NCBI GenBank assembly: GCA_951406725.2
Contig: OX597830.1
Location: forward strand, 65,286,001-65,350,000
Direction: 5' to 3'
DNA length: 64,000 nt
From: Octopus vulgaris
Lineage: Eukaryota
Part shown: piece by piece, positions 52,787 through 64,000 of the stretch
Position numbering within the stretch: position 1 is the stretch's first letter
Layout: every line of letters begins with the position of its first letter
Made by a program: the position numbers and the translations under genes
Notes under the pieces: generated by a model
What the model saw: the letters and a program-made list of their open reading frames with translations, nothing else
What the model was told of the DNA's origin: nothing
Database searches by the model: none

Positions 52787-53020
52787 AGGCGGCGAGCTGG
52801 CAGAATCGTTAGCACGCCGGGCGAAATGCTTATCGGTATTTCGTCTGCCGCTACGTTCTGAGTTCAAATTCCGCCGAGGTCGACTTTGCCTTTCATCCTT
52901 TCGGGGTCGATTAAATAAATACCAGTTACGTACTGGGGTCGATATAATCGACTTAATATGTTTGTCTGTCATTGTTTGTCCTCTCTGTGTTGAGCCCCTT
53001 GTGGGTAGTAAAGAAAGAGA
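52787..53020 (+). mobile_element. SINE family C, full length
   Basis: Consensus-like copy. Confidence 0.88.
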
Positions 53021-53385
53021 TAATAGGGGGAAAATAAACGTGAGGACGACAACGACAGAGCGATGCCGACGGGTCGACAACGACGACGACGACGGGTCGA
53101 TGATCACGATAACCATGATGATGATGATGATGATGATGATAATCAGGATCATCATCATTTTCGTGATTAATTATTTCAGCGACGACGACGACGATCCCCT
53201 CCCCCTCCCCACATACCCTACACTCTTGAAGATTCTGAGTTGCCGTTTCTAAAACCTATTCCTTAACTTGACGCTGACTCCAATAACAACAACAACGACG
53301 ACGACGTCGACAACAGCAACGATTAGGACGATAACAATGATTATAATAATGATAAAGAGGCGGAGAGAATAATTATGAAACTTAC

Positions 53386-53557
53386 CTATTAGTTCTGTTT
53401 GCTCTGTTTCTGTTTTTGTTTTGTTCTCTAAGCGTGTGTTATTATTTTTTTTTTTCCACTTGTGTGATAAGTAAAGACCAGTCGAAGTTAACAACAGTTC
53501 TTACTGCTGAAGTGCGGCTTGTAGTGTGAACCAGTTTAGAACTGAGTCGTATTTATA
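53386..53557 (-). promoter_or_regulatory. Candidate TATA promoter and non-coding first exon of the CARNS1-like gene
   Basis: Minus-strand TATAAAT at 53551-53557, ~135 nt of unique ATG-free sequence downstream, then a consensus donor AG|gtaagt at 53386. Confidence 0.4.
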
Positions 53558-53707
53558 AACCATTCAGACTCAAGTATTTTCACTTTTGATTCTAGCTTAG
53601 CTTTTGTTGTTTTATTTTCGCTTTTTGTTTCCCCTCGTTTTGTTTTGTTTTTTTTCATTTATAGTGGTGTGTTTTGTTTTGGTGTTAATATCATTATCAT
53701 CACCATT

Positions 53708-53738
<31 letters not shown>

Positions 53739-53955
53739 CTATTATTATTATTAACAATTGAATATAGATGACATCACTTGAGAAGAGTGTTTTAAAAGCT
53801 GATTGGATAAAATACGATGGGACTAAAAAAAAGGAGAAAATGGCGAAGAGGGATAATTATTTCACTGCACTTGAAGAACGATTGGCTCGTCGCTCTGTAG
53901 AAACGGATTTACAAAAATGCACACACTTACATATGGAGAGATACACAGACAGAGG

Positions 53956-54025
<70 letters not shown>

Positions 54026-54269
54026 TACACACATACATATACATACATTTTTTTCTGAAATTGTAGTCTACGAAATGTGTGTGTGTGTGTGTGTGTGCGT
54101 GTGGTTCGTCATTAAATAAATATTTACATACATGTGTAAATATACATACATGTGTGTGTGTATATATATTTATTTATTAACACGTGCAAAAATATGTAGA
54201 TATATGTGTCCATATGTGCACACACGCGCACGAGCACTCACACACATACATACATACATATATACATAT

Positions 54270-54345
<76 letters not shown>

Positions 54346-54804
54346 TTCAGCGTTTTTGGTAAATTTGGCGAAGTACCCCCCGTCGCATTTCACTAAGGAA
54401 AAACACACCCACGGATCTTTTACGAGGTATCAAGTACCCTGACCGTCTAATGTGCCGTAAACCCGTTATTTTTGTTCGGAAAAAAAGGTGGGGTGGAAAG
54501 CCGGAAGCCACTCCCACTATCCCGGAATCATTGGAATTTTTTTCCGTTAAATGAATTACGGTGACCTCTTAATATGCTACAATACACTTTTTTTTTTGTC
54601 CGGGAGACGGAAGTTGAGGTGGGGTGAAACCCTCGGAAATTCTCCACCACCATTTTACAGAAATCCGTTTTTGAGAGTTTGGATTACATGGTTCGTTCTT
54701 AAATAAATATTTAAGAGTTGGTACTATATAAATTAGTATGTTAACATTTATATTGTGTGTATTTTATGCTAAAAGTATTTTTTTCGGAAGTCGTAGTCTA
54801 CGAA

Positions 54805-54861
<57 letters not shown>

Positions 54862-54955
54862 GTTCGTTGCTAAATAGATATTTACAAGTTGTTCTTATAT
54901 GAATTAATATGTTAACATTTGTATTGTGTGTATTATGTCGTAGTCTACGAAATGC

Positions 54956-55000
<45 letters not shown>

Positions 55001-55001
55001 T

Positions 55002-55408
55002 TTCTTTATTGCCCACAAGGGGCTAAACATAGAGGGGACAAACAAGTACAGACAAAGGTATTAAGTCGATTACATCGACCCCAGTGCGTAACTGGTACTT
55101 TATTTATCGACCCTGAAAGGATGAAAGGCAAAGTCGACCACGGCGGAATTTGAACTCAGAACGTAGCGGCAGAAGAAATACCTATTTCTTTATTACCCAC
55201 AAGGGGATAAACACAGAGAGGACAAACAAGGACAGACAAACGGATTAAGTCGATTACATCGACCCCAGTGCGTAACTGGTACTTATTTAATCGACCCCGA
55301 AAGGATGAAAGGCAAAGTCGACCTCGGCGGAATTTGAACTCAGAACGTAACGGCAGACGAAATACTGCTAAGCATTTCGCCCGGTGCGCTAACGTTTCTA
55401 CCAGCTTG
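55002..55408 (-). mobile_element. SINE family C with tandemly duplicated 3' body
   Basis: Two bodies head-to-tail. Confidence 0.85.
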
Positions 55409-55488
55409 CATCCGTGAATTTTTTGAGTATGACGGAAAAGCTATTGGATTCTTTCGGAACCATGTTGACCTGCCCACCACTGTGATAT

Positions 55489-55958
55489 ACTCTTTTACTC
55501 TTTTACTTGTTTCAGTCATTTGACTGCGGCCATGCTAGAGCACCGCCTTTAATCGAGCAACTCGACCCCGGGACTTATTCTTTTGTAAGCCCAGTACTTA
55601 TTCTATCGGTCTCTTTTGCCGAACCGCTAAGTAACGGGGACATAAACACACCAGCATCGGTTATCAAGCAATGCTAGGGGGACAAACACAGACACACAAA
55701 CATACATGCACACACATATATATATATACATATATACGACAGGCTTCTTTCAGTTTCCGTCTACCAAATCCACTCACAAGGCATTGGTCGGCCCGAGGCT
55801 ATAGTAGAAGACACTTGCCCAAGGTGCCACGCAGTGGGACTGAACCCGGAACCATGTGGTTGGTAGACAAGCTACTTACCACACAGCCACTCCTGCGCCT
55901 AACCCGGAACCATGTGGTTGGTAGACAAGCTACTTACCACACAGCCACTCCTGCGCCT
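55489..55958 (-). mobile_element. SINE family B with duplicated head, inside the Merlin relic
   Basis: Reverse complement of family B; 58-bp head tandemly repeated. Confidence 0.88.
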
Positions 55959-56789
55959 ATGTCCACAATGTCAGAGTGAATGTGTCTGGAGATGTAGAAG
56001 GCGTCACCAAATCTAAAATCGTCCTCACTGTGGCTATTCTGTATCGGACTTTCAAGGATACTCACTTCATCATGCACACATTTCTCCATAGAAAATCGTT
56101 CTTTCCGTAAACGAATTTCCACATCGTTCTTGGAACCATATCACGGTGATGGAAAACCAGGAATTGTGTTCAACATCTACTGTAGACTGGAGGTTATTCT
56201 GTTGTGAAGTAACAGAAAAGTGGCTTCACAAAGAGGAACCTATAGTCGGCGAGTCAACTGAGATCGAAATTGATGAGACCTTAATTGTCAGCCGGAAATA
56301 CCGGAGGGGTCGAATTCTGAGCCAAGTTTGGTTGTCTGGTGGAATAGAGCGGACCAGTAAGCGTCGTTTTGTTGTGCCACTTATTAACAAGAAGGTGACA
56401 AAGAGACACTGGTTCCTCTGATCCAGGCATGTATCAAACTTAGCTCAGTTATTTATAGTGATTCTTGGGCTACCTACAAAAATTTAAGCAGTTTGGGCTA
56501 TCACCATTATGTGATAAAACGTTCTGAAAATTTCATTAATGAAACGCACACACACACACAAAACATTGAACGTTTGTGGAGGGACATCAAAGAGTGGATA
56601 AGAAGTCCAGATATTCGGTCAAAATATTTGCATCAATACCTGACCAGATATTAATTTATCTTATCGGAGAAAAATAAAACACTCCTACTCCACAATTTTT
56701 TTCGAGAAATATCCTAACTATATGTACCCCTCTCAGACCAGCTGAGTCCTTCGACTACATAATCACAATTCCGGCGGGTGGTGGTGTTA

Positions 56790-57687
56790 ATGCAGACTTG
56801 CACCTCCCCTTGAAAAATGCATTTTTCTGAAAAAGTTTATTCGGATTCCGAGGTTTTCCATGTCAGAAAAAAAAAAATTATTCCCACCCCCACCCTCTCT
56901 CCGCAACCTACCCCTCACACACCTTCAATTTTTAAATGTATTTTTGTATATTGAAGTGTGGAAATTTCAATAAAGCCGGTATGTAAAGTGCACTTTCTAT
57001 GTTCATTTGGCTAAACTATAAAAATTGTTGTTAAAAGGCGTAGGAGTGGCTGTGTGGTAAGTAGCTTGCTTACCAACCACATGGTTCTGGGTTCAGTCCC
57101 ACTGCGTGGCACCTTGGGCAGGTGTCTTATATTATAGCCTCGGGCCGACCAAAGCCTTATGAGTGGATTTGGTAGATGGAAACTGAAAGAAGCCCGTCGT
57201 ATTTTGTATATATATTTGTATGTGTGTGTATAGGTTTGTGCATCTGTGTTTGTCCCCCACCCCCAATATCGCTTGACAACCGATGCTGGTGTGTTTACAT
57301 CCCCGTAACTTAGCGGTTAGGCAAAAGGGACCGATAGAATAAGTACTAGGCTTCCAAAGAATAAGTTCTGGGGTCGATTTGCTCGACAAAAGGCGGTGCT
57401 CCAGCATGGCCGCAGTCACATGACTGAAACAATTGAAAGAGAGTAAAAGAGTAAGAGTAATATCCCCGTATTTTACCCCGTTACATACCTGCTTTAATGA
57501 AATTTCCACACTTTAATATACGGCAACACATTTAAAATTGGAGGGAGGGTAGGTTGAGAGGGAGGGGGGGTTAAAATTTTTTAAAAATCTTTTTTTGCAT
57601 ATTCGTATTCTCCGACATGTAAAACCTAGGAACCCGAATAAACTTTTTCAGAAAAATGCATTTTTCAAGGGGAGGTGCGAACTGCAT
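56790..57687. mobile_element. TA-flanked MITE with ~80-bp TIRs, containing a SINE B
   Basis: TA|ATGCAGACTTGCACCTCCCCTTGAAAAATGCATTTTTCTGAAAAAG vs CTTTTTCAGAAAAATGCATTTTTCAAGGGGAGGTGCGAACTGCAT|TA. Confidence 0.8.
57037..57458 (+). mobile_element. SINE family B
   Basis: Similar to other B copies. Confidence 0.88.
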
Positions 57688-57893
57688 TAGCCCCATACCA
57701 AAAATTTCGTGATTCTACTGGGTGCATCCAATAGCTTTTCCGTCGTCCTCAAAAACTTCATGGGTGCGAAAAACCAAAACCGACGTCCACGATAGGTATG
57801 TAAAACATTTCTGTGTGTTTTTCTCTGTTTATTCGGATAAGCTGTAAAAAGTGTTGCGTGCACACACAAACACAAAAATTCTCCTGACATTTA

Positions 57894-58132
57894 GCTGTTA
57901 TATTTAGCATATCGACATTTTCAGATTTAGACAGCGTGAGGGTTGTGGATCAATTTAAGAGTTTTTCATAGAAAATTTGAAATTGAAAATAAAATTTTAA
58001 AATTCCATATTCTTAATCTCCGTATTTTTCCACGTAGATTGAAAAATGAAATTCGCAAAAAGTTAAAAATTTTAAATTTGGGGGAAATTTAAAATTTCGG
58101 AAACGTTCAGCGGGAAATACGGAACTTTTATC

Positions 58133-58196
<64 letters not shown>

Positions 58197-58531
58197 ATCT
58201 ATCCTCTTCTCCCCACTCCCACTACACACACACAAAAATGAAACCCATTCGAGTTTCAACGCGAAATATGCAAAGTGAAAGTAATTTGTTTTCTAAAACG
58301 CTGCCACGCAGCAATCTGCACTGTTATTTTTAGCATATCGATATTTTCAGATTCAGACAGCGTGAGGGTTGTAGATCAATTTTGGAGTTTTTCCATAGAA
58401 AATTTGAAATTAAAAAAAAATTTTTCATATTATTAATCTCCGTATTTTCCCACGCAGATTGAAAAATGAAAATCGCAAAAAGTTAAAAATTAAAAATTTG
58501 GGGAACGTTCAGCGGGAAATATGCAATTTTT

Positions 58532-58598
<67 letters not shown>

Positions 58599-58735
58599 AT
58601 CTATCCCCCTCTCCTCACTCCCACCACACACACAAATGAAACCCATTCGAGTTTCAGCGGGAAATATGCAAAGCGAAAGTAATTTGTTTTCTAAAACGCT
58701 GCCACACAGCCGTCTGCACTGAATTCTCAGCATCG
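57894..58735. repeat. Two tandem ~420-bp units, each containing (CT)n
   Basis: CTGTTAT.TTTAGCATATCGA starts at ~57895 and ~58320. Confidence 0.85.
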
Positions 58736-59599
58736 TGCTTTGGATAGTGGAGATATCACATTTTTCTAAACTTTTGACGTTTGGTATCTTATCTTTCCCC
58801 TCCTTTTATGTTACAGATGTTGCACAGACAGCTCATGTGAAAGGTTTCAAGTTTCTTTTTAATATATGTCAGCAGTAGGGAGTCCATGCAAACATTGTGC
58901 TCAAAATAGAGGATATATATGCGCATATGCATAGACAGGCATGGCTCTGAAGATATGATGACTAGACAGATTGTGTGGTCAGAAAGTTTGCTTCCCAACC
59001 ACGAGAAGTTTATTCTCGGATTCAGTTTCACGGCGGGGCAATTTGGCCAAGCGTTATCTACTGTAGTTCCGGCTTGGCCAAGTAAAAAAAAAACCTGTCG
59101 CCAACATAAAACACATACACACACATGCAAACACACACACACACACACACACACAAGAGTATTTTCTCTTGAGTTAAATTTCGGGAAATTGTTTGGTTAT
59201 CTTTAAGCGCTTCTTTGCAGGTTATTTTTTTTTTTAATCTGGAACCAAGAGTAATTTATTTCTTTTTTTAAATTCAAATTACAATGAACATAAACAAACA
59301 AACGAAGTTTGCTTTTAGAAGCGTTGAGATGTCTTAGAAAGTTAAAGAAATGATTTTAAATTCTCAAACGCAGGATAATGCTAATAATATAGCCTGAACA
59401 GGATGAGCTACCCCCTATTTTGCAGAAAAAAGTGTTGTCGGCCGGAACACTTTTTTCTGCAAAATAGGAGTAGCTTGTCCATTTCGTTTTTTGTTTGGAC
59501 ATTCTGTTCCAGTTGTTGAATATTATAGTTACCCAAAGAATCGTTCGATCTACACTGTTCCTGTTCCTAACCAACCATGTACTGTACGATATTTCCAAT

Positions 59600-59868
59600 T
59601 AGGTGGCGAACTGGCAGAATCGTTAGCACGCCGGACGAAATGCTTAGCGGTATTTCATCTGCCGTTATGTTCTGAGTTCAAATTTTTGGGAAGAGGGCCA
59701 GTCGACTAGATCGACTCCAGTACGCAACTGGCACTTAATTTATCGACTCCGAAAGGATTAAAAGCAAAGTCGACCTCGGCGGAATTTGAACTCAGAACGT
59801 AAAAACAGACGAAATACCACTAAGCATTTTGACTGGCGTGCTAACGATTCAGCCAGCTCGCCGCCTTA
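59600..59868. mobile_element. SINE family C, + head fused to a - copy (foldback arrangement)
   Basis: GGCGAACTGGCAGAATCGTTAGCACGCC at 59604 vs GGCGTGCTAACGATTCAGCCAGCTCGCC at ~59835. Confidence 0.7.
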
Positions 59869-60269
59869 ATGAAGGTTATAAATATTAGATTTTAAAAATT
59901 GTAGATAGAATTGGTCGAAAACAGCCGTCGGCCTTTTCTATCCGAGCAGGGGTTTGTTTTGACCTACTATTTACACGGTCTCATTTATGGCCTTATCGAC
60001 TTCGAGATCCACTGTTCCGAAAAGAAATATTATTTTCTCATTATTTCAGGTTTATTTATACATAGCAAAGTATTATGTTTTATGAATTGGGTTGTTAATT
60101 TCTATAAAATTAGATCTATATTCAAGCATTGATCGGTTGAGAAAAATTGAATGAACTAGATTCATTCAATTGAATGACCTAGTACTGATATTCTAGGTCC
60201 TAGAATGTCAATGCTACTTGAAAATGAGAGATACAAAGAACACAAAACTCATACAAATAAACAAATAAA

Positions 60270-60850
60270 CATATCCATCAATCCCATACTGCTAAATAAG
60301 GCATCAATTTTTGCTAGGAAAACTCTCGGATTAAAAGAGAAGTAATGGATATTATAAAAGAAGCTAGAAAGACGATTATAGGATAAAAAGAAAACTTCTG
60401 GGCGTGGAAGTGTTTCGACATAACCATGGATTAGAGTGGCTCTGTTCAAATGACTAATCTAGCAGGCATTTACAGTTTATGTTGCATAAGCGTGGAATTT
60501 CCGGAACTTAGGGGCGGATTGTACAGGGACGATGCTCTGTTTAAAGTACAAAATTGTAACTACGTATACGCATATTACAGAATTATAGGAAGAAGTCATC
60601 ATACTATTTCTATCGTCATTTATAACTTAGGCTATAAATAGGAACTAATTATGCAATAGTAGAGTTAATTTTCTGCATACCACACTAGAACTTAGCACTG
60701 GAATACATCACCCTTTCCATAAGCAAAATGAGAACGTAAGTAGGGGATCTATTCACCCGAAAACTATCATAAACTCCATACCCATGACAGCGTTTGCTAG
60801 AATCTCTCGGCTATAGGCAAATAGAAACATTTTTAAAAGACACAAATGAG
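60270..60850 (+). pseudogene. Penelope-like element reverse transcriptase relic
   Basis: FDITMD*SGSVQMTNLAGIY (cf. FDVTMGSYDGAEVCELVG), GGLYRDDAL, VNFLHTTLELSTG..HPFHK, SIHPKTIINSIP. Confidence 0.7.
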
Positions 60851-61305
60851 AACATTTTTAAGTGACACTGCAACATGGTATTTGCCGAGGCCAGTCACAG
60901 CAGAAAAATCTGATATATCTCACATGGCGATTCATGTATGAGTAATAACATCACATCATGAGCAAAATTTGACTCACGTTTGAACCAGGGAGGTAACGGG
61001 GGAGGAATTCCAAGTTACAGGAGAAATACATACAATAAGAAATGAAATACAAAAATTCGCTTTATAGTTGAGCTATCGGAGAGTGGGACGCTCCACATAA
61101 GCAACAAATCGCAGACGTTAATGGAACACAACGGCAAGGAATAACAGAAGGTTAGGATCTGGATTATAACAGAAGGTTAGGATCTGGATTTTCAGATAAT
61201 TTGAATGGTAGAATCAAAAATTCTAATTTTCAATTTTCTATTCTGAATGTCTGTAGATGTACTTCTGGTGGTAAACACCTGGGCTATGTACCATAATTGA
61301 TGTAT

Positions 61306-61443
<138 letters not shown>

Positions 61444-61915
61444 TCGCGCACACACAAACAGGCACACACACACACATAAACACACTTACACACACTCAGA
61501 CACACATATACATATATGAAGTTATAAATGACGACAGAAATAGTATGGTGAAAATTATTTAACCACTGGAAAACTTAATGTCTGAGACATGAATTTTCCA
61601 ATGGTTAAAAAAATTTCATCATACCATTTCTCGACCTTGATGCGATGACCACAGACGTAAGTGGACAGATTAACAAAATAAGAAAAAATTATAATATAGG
61701 TAATAAAAACATTTTTGCTTTAAATATTATAGGTATATCTTTATAATAAATAGCCTATTCAAGAGATAATTTTATATTATTGAAATCAACTTTTATCTAT
61801 GCGAGCCCGGCTAAGAAAATGTAAACATTGAGATATGCGATGCGTTCACAGTAACCTTTAGCTTTCGCTAACCTTTCAAAAGTTTTAATGGCGATGTATA
61901 TATAGAGTGGCTATA

Positions 61916-62330
61916 GGCGCAGGAGTGGCTGTGTGGTAAGTAGCTTGCTAACCAACCACATGGTTCCGGGTTCAGTCCCACTGCGTGGCATCTTGGGCAA
62001 GTGTCTTCTGCTATAGCCCCGGGCCGACCAATGCCTTGTGAGTGGATTTGGTAGACGGAAACTGAAAGAAGCCTGTCGTATATATGTATATATATATATG
62101 TGTGTGTTTGTGTGTCTGTGTTTGTTCCCCTAGCATCGCTTGACAACCGATGCTGGTGTGTTTACGTCCCGTCACTTAGCGGTTCGGCAAAAAAGAGACC
62201 GATAGAATAAGTACTGGTCTTACAAAGAATAAGTCCCGGGGTCAAGTTGCTCGATTAAAGGCGGTGCTCCAGCATGGCCGCAGTCAAATGACTGAAACAA
62301 GTAAAAGAGAAAAGAGAAAGAGAAAAAGAG
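61916..62330 (+). mobile_element. SINE family B
   Basis: Near-identical to other B copies. Confidence 0.88.
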
Positions 62331-62597
62331 ATAACTGTAATAATAACATTTAGAATAACATACTTATATTTTTCATAAAATATCTATTATCATTTGGTGG
62401 TAAGTAACACAATTTGGATTACAAAAAACCTTTATTTTTCAATAAAAATATTTTACAGCAGTTGCAATTAAAACAAAAAAAACATTATAGATCTTCTTTA
62501 CTTCCTATCAAGATAAATAATATTAATAAAACATCAAACCTGCTACGTGTATTTATCTAAATCCCATCAAATTTCTCACAATTATTACTAGCTGTTT

Positions 62598-63830
62598 CTA
62601 AATGTCTCTTATATCACAAGATTCATCATATATACCATCATCGTAAGGATTCCAGTCTGGTTCTGGTGAATCGATTTCGATTTCGTCGTCGCTATTGTAC
62701 AGAATATCATCTTCGGTACCATCTGTGGCATTACAGATACCGCATTCTTTTAATGATTTTATCACATTTTCTACTTTCACTTTGTCCCATGCTTTTATAA
62801 CAAAATCACAGGGAACATAGCACGCATAGCTCCACCTTTTGTAAAAGGTTTTTCCCCATTCATCATCCAGTCATTCCATTGCTCTCTCACATTATCTTTA
62901 AATGGTTTGTTTAAACTGACATCAAGTGGCTGCAATATAGAAGTCAAACCATCAAGAATAACAACAATATCAGTATTGGTTTTGGATAACCGGGTTTTAG
63001 TATTTGCCGTTACGTGGCTACGAAGCATATCCCAAACTGCGTTTGTTTCGTATGTTACCTGATCGCCTGTTCCAAATATTCTCAATCCATAATTTCACAC
63101 CATTCTCGTCCATCCACCCTTTCTCGTGAAAATGAACAAAAACGCCATGAGCGAAGTCTATTTTTGGGCTTTGTTTTATGTTTGAAAATAACCATGGGTT
63201 TTAATTTTGTACCGTCAGCCATGCAGGATAATATCACCATAAACCTCGTTTTCTCATATATCCCGTGCTTTTAACGTGCACTGTTTTTAACCCTTTCAAA
63301 TCTAGCGTTTTGTTACCCAGCATTTCAAAGTTTAATGGAGTTTCATCCATATTTCCAATATGAGACAATGGAAACTGATGCCTTTTTCTCAGCTGGATGA
63401 GAAACTGGAGAAAACTGGTTACTTTGTGATCGAGATCTCTTGGGAGTTTTGGGGGCTATTTTTGTCTTCTCCCTTATTACCAGATTATTTTCTGTTCATA
63501 AAACTCTTACACCAGCTTACTGTTGCTTTAAAATCTTTACTTTCTAAATTATATGATTTAGGGCATAAGATCTTATTTTATTTCGACTTACAATCATGTC
63601 ATCTGCTCGAGTACCCATTTTCCAACTTCGGTCAACGAGTGCTTCCTCTTCTCATTGGACATTTTTGTTGGTGCATTTGTCTTAATTTTTCCTCATTCTT
63701 TCTCCACTCTCGTACCATCTTCTCGGTAACATCGTATGTTCTAGCAGCAGCGCAGTTGTTCGGACTCTTGGCTACTGTTATAACTTTCAATTTTTTTCTT
63801 TTTGCTGATGGTTGCATATTGGTATGGGTA
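62598..63830 (-). mobile_element. pogo/Tigger (POGK-like) transposase pseudogene
   Basis: Brinker-like N-terminus KLKVI..NNCAAAR.YDV.EKMVREWRK, IGNMDETP, GWMD-like, LQPLDVSLNKPFK, acidic tail; frameshifted. Confidence 0.85.
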
Positions 63831-63899
63831 TAAAATAATTATAAATTTCGCTGGACTAGAGAGTTTGTCTTTTTATATGAAGTATAGGTAAATGGTTGT

Positions 63900-64000
63900 G
63901 GAGGCGCAATGGCCCAGTGGTTAGGGCAGCGGACTCGCGGTTTCGATTCCCAGACCGGGCGTTGTGAGTGTTTATTGAGCGAAAACACCTAAAGCTCCAC
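63900..64000 (+). mobile_element. SINE family A 5' part (runs off the window)
   Basis: Head identical to other A copies. Confidence 0.85.

Larger units (their letters stand above)
55408..57767 (+). mobile_element. Merlin (IS1595/ISXO2-like) DNA transposon relic with nested insertions
   Basis: EIEIDET..RKYRRGR..VWLSGGIER, VIYSDSWATY, HTQNIERLWRDIK at ~56100-56720; inverted repeat 55408-55450 vs 57726-57767. Confidence 0.8.

Overview
AT-rich, repeat-dominated eukaryotic genomic DNA. The SINE families, microsatellite load and gene content suggest an octopus/coleoid cephalopod (inference). There is one protein-coding gene: a minus-strand carnosine synthase 1 (CARNS1)-like ATP-grasp ligase. I reconstructed 8 coding exons with GT-AG sites and consistent phases (CDS 40476->25121, 2814 nt, 937 aa), plus a candidate non-coding first exon and TATA box near 53.4-53.6 kb. 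The rest is mobile and repetitive DNA: a head-to-tail stack of R4/Dong-type retrotransposon 3' ends in (TAA)n; RTE, L1/Tx1 and Penelope-like relics; Tc1/mariner, pogo, Merlin and piggyBac-type relics or MITEs; Helentron-like elements; three abundant SINE families; and many microsatellites. The most striking unexplained structure is an ~8.2 kb satellite (3806-11990) of 22/23-bp units with higher-order organisation. Its least variable positions spell the TCF/LEF HMG site (AGATCAAAG) next to a C-clamp Helper-like GCCG, resembling a natural TOPflash-type array. Function is untested. Most ORFs in the supplied track are repeat artefacts.
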